Source: Selaginella moellendorffii (taxonomy: Eukaryota; Plantae; Lycopodiophyta). Taken from it: a stretch of DNA of 64,000 nucleotides. This document shows positions 1 to 13,580 of the stretch, one piece after another. The stretch lies in NCBI RefSeq assembly GCF_000143415.4, contig NW_003314368.1:20792-84791 (forward strand). The letters are read 5' to 3'. Numbering within the stretch: the first letter of the stretch is position 1; each line of letters starts with the position of its first letter. The translations under genes and the position numbers were made by a program. Below the pieces are notes generated by a model. The model made no database searches, had not been told where the DNA came from, and saw nothing but the letters and a program-made list of their open reading frames with translations.

Positions 1-918
1 TTTTGGGCCTTTTACCCCAAGGAGGGAAGGGCCGGGGCCCCGGGGCGATTTGGAACATTCTTGGAGCACCCAGCTTCCCAATCCCGGGATTACCCCCCAA
101 AAGGGACCCAAAGGGGTTTTGGTGTTTTTTGGCCATCCCGGGGCCCTAACGGGGGGATTGGGGTCTTCCCCCAATTACCAGGGAAGGGAATTGGGGTTTA
201 GCCCCAACCCGGCCCCAGAACAAGGCCGGCCCCCCAAGGGGGAGTTAGATTATCCCTCGGGTTGTTGGCCCATGTTCGCCCTCCCCCTTTTCCTTATTAT
301 ACTTTGGGAACCCCCAAATTCCCCCCCCCCCCCCCCCCCTTGAGGAACACACGCTTTGGGCTTTCACCCCAAGCCTCCCTTAGTATCAGGAGTTAGTCTC
401 TGAGACAAGCTCGAAACTTACTAAATATGGAATGTCCTTAGATTGCGAATTTGGACACGGGATGAACACCATTGTGTTCAGGCCGATCTCTACATTCCGT
501 AGATATGCCAAATGAGCAAATCTGGACACTTTCCATAAATAGCATTTAGGACCGAAATGAGACTAACACAAAGGGCATGATAGCGAGGGTGTTTGGCAGA
601 CACGGTAAGCTATCATCTAGCAATATTGAGGGACCAATCTTAATACGCGAGGGTTTTTGTCAAGCCAGTGCAAGACAGAGCAAAAGAGAACTAAAAAGCC
701 GGGCTGAGTATGCTCAGCTAAATAGACACTTAGGAATTCCTTCCTTATGCTCATCCGGCCAAGTACAGATGCAAAGTCCAGTTTACTAACACTTGAACAA
801 GAGGGACTAATAAAGGGTCCAGCAATACTGACCTCTTGCCATCGTGGCAGTAAGGTAAGAGTGTCCGTAAGGACTAGCCGACAGGTAACTTTCGATACCC
901 AAAGTCACATTCGCGACA
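1..918 (-). mobile_element. LTR of the main chromovirus family, reverse orientation, truncated by window edge
   Basis: The reverse complement begins TGTCGCGAATGTGACTT at 918 and matches the LTRs at 41491 and 59640. Bases 1-340 beyond the poly-C run look error-rich. Confidence 0.9.
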
Positions 919-1654
919 ATTAGTTAGTTCCTTGTTGGTGAGGGCTAGAGGGTGTTTGAGTCTTAATGTCTTTTGATGTAGAGGAGAGGTAATTTCATCA
1001 CTTATTTAAGTTAGTGTGTTTCCCATATAATATGCTTTCTATTAACTTTCAGAGTTGTTTTCTTAACTTTCAGAGTTGTTTGCTAGACTTAGGTATGCAT
1101 CAACAAGGACATTGATTTTCCTTAAGGGGGGGAGAGTGTCGTGAATATGACTTCAAGTATCGAAAGATACTTGTCCACTTATTGCCACGATGGCAGGAGG
1201 TCAGTATTGCTAGTTCCTTTTATAGTCTCCCTCCAAGCTAGTTGAGAAACTGGTTATTGTGTGTGCACTTGACCAAATGAGTATAAGGATGGAATTCCTA
1301 AATACTATTAGTTAAACATACTTGATTTGGTTAGAGAAACTCATTTATTGACTTGCACTTGTTAGTGGTAGGAACCCTCTTGATATTGACTCTAGTCCCT
1401 TAATATCATTACATGGTAACTTATTGTGTCTGCCAAACACCTTCATTATCATGCTTTATATGTTGGTTCCGCTTCAAATCCATATGCTATTTATGGTAAG
1501 TATTTAGATCTACCCAAGAGGCATATTTATGGAATGTAGAGAGTGTCCTGAACTCTATAGTGTTGTTCCTGCTCCCTCATTTGCAATTTAGTGTTATTCC
1601 ATATTTAATAAGTTTTCACATTTGTCCTAGAGACTAACTCTTGGTGCTAAGGGA

Positions 1655-4198
1655 TATAGTTACAAACATGAATATGAAACATGAACATGAGCCTTAGATT
1701 TCAGGAACCTGACCATAGAACATGATCATGGCTCACAATAGCTCATGAATATTCTAGTGAATATTCTAAGAATATTCTATTTTTTAAATTTTAGGAATAT
1801 GCTACTTTTTATTATACTCAAACATCTTACAAATCATCATTATCTTCAACCTCACAATCTTCGACATCATTTCCATCTTCCTCTTCCTCTCTTGACTCAA
1901 ACTCGTCTTCCAGATGAGGAACTATCTCTAGTACTTTGTAGCCCACAAATTTGTCATAGTCATGGTCATATTTCCAGGTTAATAACTTGCTATTGCAAGC
2001 CACGAAACTAGAGCTATTATTCTGTCCACAGTATATTCCTCTTCTTTGAAGACACATATTCAAAAGTGCTGAACAATCTTTCCACCAAGGATGACGAGCA
2101 TGCCTAACTTAAAACTCAAATGGCCAACCTTTTGAAGAGCTGGAATTTCATAACCATAGTCCTCCCACCAACATACAACTCCCTTCTTAGTGCAATTAGC
2201 TTTAGCATCAATCAAGTTGAAAATGCCTCCTATCCTCCTATAAATTAAAAGCTCATCCCGTATCATGTCCCTCTCATTGAATGTAAACATGGCCAATAGA
2301 TAAACATTCCAATCCTTCATAACTTCTTTATTGGCATGCTTTTCATGTTCTTGAAACTCGGGGTCTAGCATATATGCCACTGAGTGCATGAGCAAGTGAT
2401 ACTCATGCCACCGGTTAGACATGATTTGATAAAGTTCCATGTACTTGCCATAATCCGACTCTCCTTCCTCTAAACTTGCATCCAACTTGTTCATACACTC
2501 ATATATTTTTCTATTCATAGGTATATCATTGTCTACAAGACAAAGTAGCAGCATAACATCCTTGGACACCTCTAACATGTCCTTAACCTGTTCCCAAAAA
2601 TGGTAATAAAAAACGATTTCATAACTATTTTTGCCTACTCTTATCTTCGACTCAAGCTTTGTTCTGTACGTAGGGCATACAAACATCTGTTGTAGAGCTT
2701 CTCGGAGCTCCACTAACCTCTCCATCATAATAAAGTTGTAGCCAAACCTCATATCACAATAGCATAGCATTCGCTTGTGAGTAAACTTTACTAGCAATGC
2801 CACCATATGAGAGTGGTTCCTGACAAAGCTCACCAAAGCCTTTCTTCACTCCAGAAGTGTTACTATCCATGGAAGTTCACTGAAGTCTTTCAAGGCATTG
2901 TTCAAGCAATGGGCAAAACATGTTGCCTATTGAATCTTTGGGTACCTCTGTTTCAAAATTACTGCTCTATTCACATTTTCCCCATCCATTACAACCATGA
3001 CAATATTCTTTACACCCATAATGCTAATGCCTTCTTCCCAACAACACAAAGTATTCTTAGTTGTTTTTCCTATTGAGGAAATATCAATAACCTTCAAAAA
3101 TGTTACCCATCCTTAACTATATGTCACAAGCCCCATGATATGTTGATTCCTCCTATTTACCCACTAGTCTGTGCATATGGTTACACCCCTCTGCTCCCAC
3201 TACTTCTTCATGGATGCCATCTCAACATTAATGAATCCCTTCTCTTTCAACAAAAGCTTCTCTTGAAGATCATCATATTTTAGTGGTGCATAAGCACACC
3301 ATACCTAGAAACTTCTTGGATCATGTTGAGGAAATAAGGGGACCGAGTCTTCAAAAATGGAATGTGTTAGAAACCTTCCAATTGCCACATCAACTCAACT
3401 CTTCCGCTCTGGATCCATCAAATCTACAATATAGACTTGGCTTTGCTTGCTAAACAACGAGGAAAAGCAGCCACTTCCACTCGTCTGGGAAGATACCACT
3501 AGTATTGAAAGTTTTACATTTGGTCGTTTCTTCCCCCGCCTTTCTCAGAGTCAATAATCTTTTGCATGTTAACCAGCTTTGCCTTCTTGTTACCTAGGTT
3601 AAGGGGGCAACTCACAATATCCTACTGCTTGGGCCTTCTTCCCAACATATGAGCTTGCACATGATCAACACCATTGAGCTTGTTCACCATTTTCATGACC
3701 ACAATTTGTGGCCATGCCCCCTGCTCTCAAGCACATTTACCTCATCCCACCACCATGAAGAAGGATGCTTTTGCCCTTGCTTGATTGCTGTGCCATGCTT
3801 GGCAGTAGCAAGGCAAATGAAGTGCCTCTCAATCTGTGGCAAAGGGAGCAACAGAGGAGGCTGTGACATGGCTAGAATCAACAATGGCAGCAGTGGCTGT
3901 GGCTCTGCCAAAATCAGTAGTGGCAACAATGGCTGTGGCACTGCCAGAATTGGCCATGGCAGCGGCTATGAACAAGATCGAGAGCTTGGAGGAAATACCC
4001 TAAATTGTTGTGTGTGCCCTAAGAGTTTAAATCATGTTGTGAACATGGGCCATGATCCTAGCAACCATGTCCAGGATCACGGCCCGTGTTCATAGTAGTA
4101 TACTCTATTCATGAACATGGCTGTGGGAACACAAACCATGGCCGTGTTCATGAAACATGGTGAACACGACTAGGATCTCGGCCATATTCATAACTATG
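1655..4198 (-). mobile_element. hAT DNA transposon (defective)
   Basis: 8-bp TSD CTAAGGGA (1647-1654, 4199-4206). Imperfect TIRs TATAGTTACAAACATG / CATATTCATAACTATG. Subterminal CATGAAC-type repeats and a transposase relic inside. Confidence 0.9.
1827..3650 (-). pseudogene. hAT transposase pseudogene
   Basis: ORF 2060-2836 has hAT motifs (RF...LMHSVAYMLDPEF, WWEDYGYEIPALQK of the dimerisation domain). Frameshifts and stops elsewhere. Confidence 0.85.
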
Positions 4199-4599
4199 CT
4201 AAGGGAGGCTAGGGGTGAAAGCCCAAAGTGTGTGTTCCTTAGGGGGGGTGGCATATGGGGAGTTCCAAATGTATAGTAGGGACAGTGGGTGGAATGCATA
4301 TTTGACCACCTGAAATATTAGTTTAACTTTTGCTAGGCTGTGTCGCTCTTTGTTTTGTGTTCGGCTTGGGTCTAAACCTAAGCTCCATGTTGCTCTAGTT
4401 AGTGAGGTACCCTCCTCCTTACGTTATTCCACCAGTATGCCAAAATTGTGCTAAACACCATCTAATACCATTTTGCATGTAAGTGCTAAATACAAGAAGT
4501 TGGTGCTCATAAGATTAAGAGTGTACTACACCCTTGTTTCATAGCATAATGGGTTTGGAGTTCGTTTCCAAATTCATGTGCATTACAAAGGTGTAAACA

Positions 4600-6700
4600 A
4601 TAGCCATTGCTTCTTTTTCCACATCCACATACTTCTTCTCAGTCTCAAAATATGCTGTAATCATAGGAGTGTCCTCATCCTCAAATAAAGATGCTCAGGA
4701 CACCACATCTAACAAACTTGTCTCTAGCAAGTCAGGCAAGAATGCTACTATCAAACTCAGAGCTATTGTCCCTTGCTCTCTCTACTTCTGATGCTCTGAG
4801 CATGTGACCTCTAATGCAAGAACTAAAGCCAAGTATTCTGCTAGTGAGGGGAGATCCTCCACTAAAATTGAGTCAAAGTCTAGGGCTGAATCTTCAATGC
4901 AATACACTTAGATCAATATCGGGGGCTCCACAATAGGAAATTCTGAATTCAAAGAGCTATAACTTGCAACACATCAAATTGGCTTGATTCTTTTTGCCAG
5001 CTATTTGGCTGGATGTTACCCTTTATCTCCAAAAAATAGCATGACAAAATATGCTTAGAGTTGTGAGCTACAGCCATTTTAGTGGGAAGATGCTAGCTAT
5101 GTGGGACCTTAGGCAGTTGCTGAAGAGAATTAAATTCAGTTGCATCTTGTGAAAGACAAATTTAGTCTAGAGTGACTATATCATTAAGCTCTATAAGAGA
5201 GAGTTGGTCCCACATATGAAACAAGTCAAGAAGCCCATCTTCAATTGGGCTAAAAAGCTGAATGTGGAAACTAACACTTTATAAGCCCCATCGTCAAATA
5301 AAGAGAGCATGGCTAAAGGTGTGGCCTTACTCTCAAATAAAGAGAGTGAGGCTGAGAGATACCTAGAGCTGTCTGATTTACCTCCATCCATGTCAATTCC
5401 ATTGCATAAGAAAGCATCCATCACATAAATGGTCAACTCCATTGCCAACTTAGGGAAAATTTCTGTGAGCTTAGGAGGAAAGTGCAGTGTGGAGGCCATC
5501 TTAGCCTAAGCCTTTTGGGCATGCTAAGAAGAGCTTTACTATGGTTGTTGAGAAAGGTGCCATTATGGATTCCATCGCTAATTTCCATCTTGCCTTCTAC
5601 GCTATCAATGGTGAAATGGGTTGCGACTTGCCATAAGTGATTGAGGATGATAGAGTCCAAAGAGGATGTCCAAGATGCTGGTAGTCAACCATGAGGAAAT
5701 CTACCTCAGAAATAACACCCTACATTGAGACCTTGACACCACAACAAATGCCTGCTGAAAGAACAATATGATTGGCAAAGGTCTTGAGCATGATGGAGGA
5801 GCTCTCAGTGATCTATAGCTGTGTTAAAAAGGCAGCTTCGAGAGAGATAATGTTACTCTCGAAACTGGAGTCAACCAAAGTATCCATCTTGCAAGAGGAA
5901 GTACCAATTTGCACTGTGACAAAGAAAGGACCAAGATCTCCACCATATCTTGTCATGTCGACAATGTGCACCTTTTGAGGAGTCCTACTAAGGGTGCTCT
6001 ATAGTGTTTTTGACCATGCAAATTCCTCCAAACATTGGCTGAATCGAGGGATAACGCACAACATTTCTTGGAGTGAAAAAGTGACAGGAGTGTCAACTAG
6101 CTATTGAAGAACTGACTCTAGAACATAAATAGCTGTTGGTGAGATCCCAAGAGGAGAGGAGAGTAGTGACTTGAAGGGAGCTTACAAGCCACTTGCTGTA
6201 TCACTGGATTTGGTGCAAATAGAGATTCACTCTCAACCAATGTCAGGGGATCCACAATAGGCTGAGCGGCTCCCTTCTTCTTTGCATGGAGTTGAGTGGT
6301 TGCAATTTGCTACTGCTGTCTATATAGTTCCTTAGCTACCAAAATTGTGTTGACCAATGAGGCTGGTGCTTTGTCTTTGTTTGATGAAGGGGTTGCCTCG
6401 ATTGCTTGTTGCTCCAACTGCTCCTGGTATGTCTCTGAACCATGAAATGGTGCGGAGTTGTTAGCAAAGGGACGTTGCTAGACACATTGAGAAGGAGGAG
6501 GCTGAAGCTCTGAGTGAAGTTTAAGGTAACATTATATGTTGTGTATGTTCATTTTGTAGTGAGTGCACCAATAGGACTTGAATTGGCATTCCCAAGTTGC
6601 AGCAGCCTCTTTCTTGGACTCCACAAGAAAGATGAGGAATATTCTAGGAATTGGAATATTCTCTCTCTCACTCTCACACTCTCTATGTGGCCACACCCTA
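4600..6700 (-). pseudogene. Decayed retroelement gag/aspartic protease relic
   Basis: The minus strand at about 5830-5940 reads GPFFVTVQIGTSSCKMDTLVDSSFESNIIS, retropepsin-like (LVDSG motif). Boundaries approximate. Confidence 0.5.
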
Positions 6701-6754
6701 ATAGTGTTTAATAAATTTTTGATAATAATTGCATAACCCCAAGAACACCTTGGT

Positions 6755-8372
6755 TGTTCTTATTCTTGGATTGCTTAGACCTTCTTAGGGTCCACTTTGA
6801 ACCCATATTTGCTCATAACATGCCTGAGAAACTTTACCTCTTGTTAAGCAAAGTCACATTTGCTTTTTTTAGCATAAACCTTATGTTTCTTTAGTTTCTC
6901 AAACACCTTCATCAAGTGTTTGGCATACTCTTCCAACTTCTCTCTATAGATTAGGATGTCGTCAATATAGACAAATATGAAGTAATCTAGATAGGGTATA
7001 TATATGTAATTCATCAACACTAAGAACATTGCTAGCATATTGCATAGCCTAAAGAGTGTTATTAGGAACTCATACCTCGTATAATAAGTTGTTTTCTTGA
7101 CATTTTCCTTTACTACCTTAATTTGGTAGTATCCTAACCTTAAGTCAATTCTCAAAAAGTATTTTGCCTTTCCCAACTGATTGAACAAATCATCAATCTT
7201 TGGTAAAGGGTATTTGTTCTTTTTTGTATATTTGTTGGGCAACCGATAATCTATACACATGTGTATAGAGCCATCTTTCTTTTTCATAAATAACACTAAT
7301 GCCTCATATAGTGACTTGCTCAACTTAATATACTTTTTATCAACTAACTCCTCAAGTTAGCATTTGAGTTCCTTGAGTTCCTTTTCTTTTAACTAATAAA
7401 AGGGATGAACCACTATTTTAGCACCCTAGACCAACTCAATCTTATGTTTTATCAGTCATGTAAGGGGTAACCCTATTAGTAATTAATTTGGCATGGTATC
7501 TCGAAATTGGTATAACACTTACTAAATCATTGAAGGCACTTTCTCTGTTCCTATCTTTTTGTCATTCCTCATTAAGAGTAAGCACAAAAATGCTACTTTA
7601 GTTTCTTTGATAAATGGTCCTCTCAAAGTCACTAGATTCAAACATAAGTTTTTAGCCTTAAGTTGCCCTACCTTTAGATCCTAAGCCTTTACTTTGGATT
7701 GTTTTCCTTGAGCATTCGCTAATACCACCAGATTTCTACTTTATTCATGCAAAGCTACCATAAATTAATGTCCAAACAATGAAATCCATGTCCTTACTTC
7801 AAATTTTGTTTGTCAATCAATTCTTTAGTTACCTTGAACAATTCTATAATCTTTAATTCTCCCAGCTACTACACCATTAATTCGGCTTGTTGAACTATGT
7901 CTACAGCCACAAAATTATCCAAAGCACCCATGTCAATAAAGATTTTAATAAAACTACCTTTGAGCTTCCCTCAAAGGGATATAGATATCACAAACGACTC
8001 TTTACCAAAGTTGCTCATGTAATTAGGAACTTTGAGTTAGGGACTAAATTATATACCTCAATTTGGACTTCTCATAACTTAATAGTCATATTAACTTTAG
8101 CCTTTTTTGGGTAGAGATATTCTCTCAAGAAGTGTCTCACTTCACTACAATTGAAGTATATGTTATTCATTATGTTGCTAGCAAATTTGGTTTTCTTATC
8201 GTTGGGTTTATCCCTCTTCATCTGACTCCCCTATATATTTACCCTCTAGCCACTAGATCTACTTTTTTTAAATCTTGAGGATTCATTTTTAAAGAAACTC
8301 GCTACCTTAGCTATCTCCTAGCAATCTACTTATATCCTTCACTAGAACTGAAGAAAAGGCTTTGATACTAAA
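6755..8372 (-). mobile_element. Decayed Ty3/gypsy gag-pol fragment with RT
   Basis: ORF 6844-7323 has RT motifs (KKKDGSIHMCIDYR, YPLPKIDDLF, VYIDDILI). A degenerate Met-PBS (TAGTATCAAAGC on the minus strand) lies at about 8359-8370. Confidence 0.85.
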
Positions 8373-8826
8373 TTATACGCAATAAATTTCCACTTGCCAA
8401 TTTGTTAATTTACTTCATTTATCCAACCACCTTTGCCTTGGCCTTAGCAAATTTCCCTTGCTAAAGTTTTTGCTTATTGTATCAACTTCGACTTAATTTT
8501 ATTTAGGTTTAACTACTTACTACATGAGCAACAGAGTGTTAACTAACTCTTCAATTCTCAAACTGTCTCCCAATCCCCCTCCCCAGGTTAAATTGGACTT
8601 GAGGTTCAATAACACCCTCCATAAGCATAAGTAACCAAGCATACTAAGCCTTTAGGTTCTTAACATTCCATGGTATGCAAGGTTTAACCATGGGATGGCA
8701 TGGAGAGCTTCTTTCACAACATTTTTGCACGACCAAATGAAGAGAAGTTGGTGAGCATAGCTCAAGAACTCAATCAGGTAAAGGGAATCTTTTGCACTAT
8801 GCAGGCTCACAAACTCCCAACACCAA

Positions 8827-9440
8827 ACACTTGCTAAGAATCTTTTGAGTTGGCGCAGTAGTACCAACTCAATAATGCCCGCCTCACCAAAGAAAACATG
8901 GAGTTCAAGGCCTGGCTTCAAGTGCTTAAGATTGCCATTAAGAACTACACTCACGACAAGCTTGAGAACTACAAAGAAGAACTAGAGGCTAACAACACAA
9001 CTGCCACTACCACCATAATGGAAGCTTGAGTCACAGGAGCTACCCAACATTAGTCATCGGAGAGTAGAGAGGTACATGCATTTTGCATTGTAATTTTTGC
9101 AAAGGCACTTCCTAAGTTAGGAATTTAGACCAAGAGAAATCCTAATCTCAATTTCTAACTTAGGAAATGCCTTTGCAAAAATCACGATGCAAAATGCATA
9201 TACCTCTATTCTCCAACGACTAAAGTTGAGCAGCTCCTGTGGCTCAAGCTTCTATTATGGTGGTAGTGGCAGTTATGTTGTTAGCCTCTAGTTCTTCCTC
9301 GTAGTCTGTTGCGAGTGTAGTTCTTAATGACAGTCTCAAGCAATTGAAGCCAGGTCTTGAGCTCCATGTTTTGTTTGGTGAGGCAAGCATTATCGAGTTG
9401 GTACTGCTGCGCTAACTTGAAAGATTCTCGGCAGGTATGT
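8827..9440. repeat. Long inverted repeat, arms about 300 bp, loop about 15-20 nt
   Basis: 8827-9129 is the reverse complement of 9145-9440, with scattered transitions (e.g. TTTTGCAAAGGCACTTCCTAAGTTAG / CTAACTTAGGAAATGCCTTTGCAAAA). Confidence 0.9.
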
Positions 9441-9619
9441 ATTTTTACTCCCCCACTTCCATCCCAAAGGGAAGCCTTAAACCCTTAGGAAAAAGTGAAG
9501 ACTAATGAGGCCCATGCATTCAAATGGGACACCATTTTATATGAGTTGGGAGTATTGTAATCAATTTCCTTTCTGAGAGTGAGAGTTGTTCTTGAGCACT
9601 TTCTCGGGTAGGTTTTCAC

Positions 9620-9810
9620 CATATTAGTATTCAAATTTGGTCTCAAACTCAATTTTGGACTTGACCTCAAACTCAGTTTTGGACTCGACTTTAAAATCGA
9701 TCTCAGACCCAATCTTGGATCTCGGACTCAACTTCAAACTCAGTGTCACACTTGGTTTCAAACTTAGTCTTAGAGTTGATCTTGAAGTCAATTTTAAACT
9801 CAATTTCATC
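9620..9810 (-). repeat. Decayed hexamer-based GAGTCC/GAGACC repeat of the second LTR family
   Basis: 6/12-bp periodicity. Ends in GAATACTAAT..GGTGAAA like 52296-52325. Confidence 0.6.
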
Positions 9811-12800
9811 CAATGAACTCTTTTTGTTCCGATTATGATTTCAAGAATCCTTTAACTTATGACACTTTGGGAAATTATTTCCTTACAACCATAATTTTGA
9901 GCCCTACTTGATAGGAGACAAAGGCTTATATGATGACACCATTCATAAGTAAGTCTTATGATAAAAGTCCTTTCTACAACTTCTTACTTTCATTTTCTAG
10001 AGTTATCATTGTCCTTTTTTAGTAAAAAAGAATACAATAAAAACACCATTGAGCTCATGTTTTTGGGAGTAGTGTTTTGGACTCTCAAAGCAGATTTTTA
10101 GGTGTCTTTACTCTTGACTAAAAACAAAGCCAGCATTTCTACTAAATGTTGTAAAAGTATGATATGTTTACATAATCTTCTAATAGATCTTAGAGATGTA
10201 AACACAAATGAAAAACTTCGGCACTTGAATGCAAGATGAGGTGAAGATAAAAGAATGGAGAGCACATCAAATATAGAGATCCAAAATGTGCTTCTGCTTA
10301 GCTAGAAGATTTGATTTTCACACTTACTAGAACTGAAGTATGAAACACTATAGTGTCATATCTTTGTAGTAATTTAAAGATCTAAATAATAACATAGTGT
10401 ATTTTTTTGATATCCCACCTTTATTTCAATTATAATAATTTGTATTTTATTAAGATAGTTGTATATGCAAATCAAATTTAACATATTTTCTTATATAAGA
10501 TATTTATGTTTTAAGTCTGAATAAAATTTATATAAACTAACTTAAGATATGTATTTTGTAAATATTTTTTAAGTTAAGTATTAATAAGGAAAACTATATT
10601 TTATTTTATTTATAAAACTCTCTCAAACTTTGAAAAAAAAAACTTTATTCTAAAAAGTTTTAAAATTATAACTTTGCCTCTGTGAAGTTTTGAAATTTAT
10701 AAAATACCCTTACTCAACTCTTCAACACCCCTCAACTAAAATAATCTAAAATATTTTACTTATTTTCATATAATTAAGTAAAAATTGTATTTAATTAAAT
10801 TAAATAAAAAACTAAAATAAATTGGTTATATAACTGTATTGTCAAATAAAATCAGGGTAGTTAGAAGGTTTGAAAGCCATAAGCACCACAAAAGAAGAAA
10901 AAAATCTTTACCTTTCAAAATTCAAGTCTATCGATTGTAGAAATTAAATAAGGGAAACAAATTAGTAGCAAAAATAACAATCTTTTGGTATAGATTTTTT
11001 ATTTTTTTTATATTTATTGTCTTTATCTCATCCTTTATAGATTCCATAAGGACAAAAAATATAAGGATCTTTTAGAAAGAATGATAACATATCAGAGTGG
11101 AATTTATTAGAAAACTAAGAGATGAGTTATAGGATAACAATTGAGTGTGTTATCATTTCAAATTCTTGAGGAGTGTTTTGCAAAATTCTCACTAAAAATG
11201 ACTTAAATTCTATTTTTAAAAAGATATTGAATAAGTATTATCACAACAATAGCTTACATGAACAAAATGAAAGAAAGATGGGAAAAAGAATTTTTCCCAC
11301 CTTGGAACTTCCATAAACAAAGGTGAACTTATAGCTCTATAAATCCTTAATCTAATAATTATTTGATATTTTTTCTATTACATAAAAATGAAGTTAAATA
11401 TTTTAATGATAATTTTAATTATATGAAGACATTCAAATCAACTTTATAAAATAAAAAATTAAACATTTTAACACAAATTTTGGAAATAAAGCTGCATTGA
11501 ATTAAAGTGTGAGCAGAAATAGGAATAAAATAATGAAAATTGAACTTTATAAATAAATATAATTGAATAACAATTCTTAAATTTAATAAATATAATATAT
11601 AAATAAATTATTTTTAATAAGAAGTTTATATATGGCAAGTGCTTTATGCTCATAGACTTAGGGAAAAACTGGAAAATAAATTATAAAAATCCAGTTTGAA
11701 ATAATTTTTGATTCCTTATGTTGAACTAAAGAGTGTTCTTTCCTTGCTATTTTAGCTTCTCATGTTAGTTGAAAAATGGATTTCACAGTCATTATAAAAG
11801 TCTCTAGTAAATTATCCCATTAGAGAGAGAGAGAGCAAGGATCATCATCCTATAAAGATGAAGTACCAAAAACTAATAAAGTGTGAAGTACCAAAAACTA
11901 AAGATAAAGAGAACATGAACTATAAATACTTGACAATTTTCCATTGAAATTGGACCATTAAATAAACTATAAGCCCAAATATTACTATTTACCTCCATTT
12001 CTTTCCTTAACAAAGCCCCTGAAAGAGACAATTTCATTGCAGCTCTCACATTTTGTGCATGGGGAATATAAAGTGTATATAACATATGTATTGCCTTTTA
12101 ATAATATGTATGCACCCTTTTGACACAACCATAATGATGTCATGCAAGTACAAGAATGCAATCTAATACAGTTTCTTTTTGTTTTATTTCATTAGGGTTT
12201 TGAAAGCAACAATAATGCTTGGGTTTCTTGATCACACTTTTAGCAACTCGATCAAGGAAACACTTCTCTCTTCCTCTTTGCATACAAACAATCATAGGAG
12301 GTGTGTTGAGTGTGTTGGGCAATCGTGGGAGGTGCATTGGGTGCTTTGGGAAATTGCAGGAGGTGCATTGTGTGAGCAATAATGAGTGACAACAAGCAAT
12401 GTAGGTGATCATGGTTTTTGCCTTGGCATTGGCAAAGGTGCTAAAATTCAATTTGGGTTGATTATGCATCTTGAGGAAAATTTAACAGAGGCCATTGAAG
12501 AATGAGCCTTCCTTGATGTGGCTTTTTGGGAGTTTATTTTTAATTAAGTCATTGCAAAATTCAAGGAGTTTATTAACAAGAATGTTCCCCAGATGGTTAT
12601 GACTAATTGCTTAAGCATGGGTTGGGATAATGTTTTGCCCTTGCAAGAGGAAGCATTGACACAAAAAAAGCTCCATAAGGCTACAATAAATAAGGAGAAA
12701 GCATTATAAAAATTACAGCATAATTGAGCTCTCAAGTTCTTAGGTGAATGTTTTGAAGTGATGCACATAATGACACACTTATATGGGGTATGCTATATAA

Positions 12801-13490
12801 AGTTTTTATTGTCACTACTCATCATCTCTCATACTAATATCAATAGGTCTCCTTGAAAACTAAGTATAGGGGTTTTGTCCCTATTCAAAGGTTTGTGTAC
12901 TTCATCTATTACCAATTCTTGGGATGTCAAATGTTTGTCAAAAATGAGATGCAAGACATTGGCAGGCCAATAATACAAGTGCTCAAAGCTACATTGAGCC
13001 AAGTTCTTTTTTCTTCAAATAAATACAACAAGGTATTATAGTTTTCAAACTTCTTGCTATGCTCAAAGGCATGTCCTAATACTATATATAGTTGATGTTC
13101 TCATATTTTGTATCTTTTTGTCAAAATTGCAAGTCAAGAGTAAAATCATAGTGCTTTTATTGCATGCAATATGTAACAAATACTTCATTTTTTAGAGGGA
13201 TCTGCACTTTTATACTCCTTTCACTTGGAATGATATGGATTCCAAGCTAGAGATATCCTAAGTCAATAGAGAATGAGTGAGTGGCTTAGAAGATACATCC
13301 CACTTCTATCGGCTATTAAGATAGGGCCAAAGTACCATGAGATGTTGGAAGTGGCAAAGTGCATCACATTCTCTTTCCTGAGTCTAAGATTGTGGCAAGG
13401 GCATTGCAATATCATTGACAATATATCTAAACTGTGACTTGCAACTTGATCTTCTTTCATAGTAAAGTGGCACTGACATTCACAACAAAG

Positions 13491-13580
13491 TGTAAATTTC
13501 TAAACATAAACTTTTTGGAAGGTCACTTAACCTAGAAACACTTATCTTCAAGACCCTTAACCAGAAAAAACGGGTGTAAT
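13491..13580 (-). mobile_element. Degenerate Cassandra LTR fragment
   Basis: TGTAAA...GGAAGGTCACTTAACC...AAGACCCTTAACC...GGGTG resembles the LTR at 43318. Confidence 0.5.

Larger units (their letters stand above)
919..4587 (+). mobile_element. 3'UTR remnant, PPT and 3' LTR (1137-4587) of an older family member, split by a hAT insertion
   Basis: PPT AAGGGGGGGAGAG is followed by TGTCGTGAAT at 1137. LTR similarity stops at 1654, resumes at 4199 and ends ...GTGCATTACA at 4587. Confidence 0.85.

Noticed and set aside
1-343. ORF 50-343 and apparent LTR divergence
   Set aside because: Homopolymer-biased sequence beyond a poly-C run, most likely low-quality reads. The same applies to 60285-60445.
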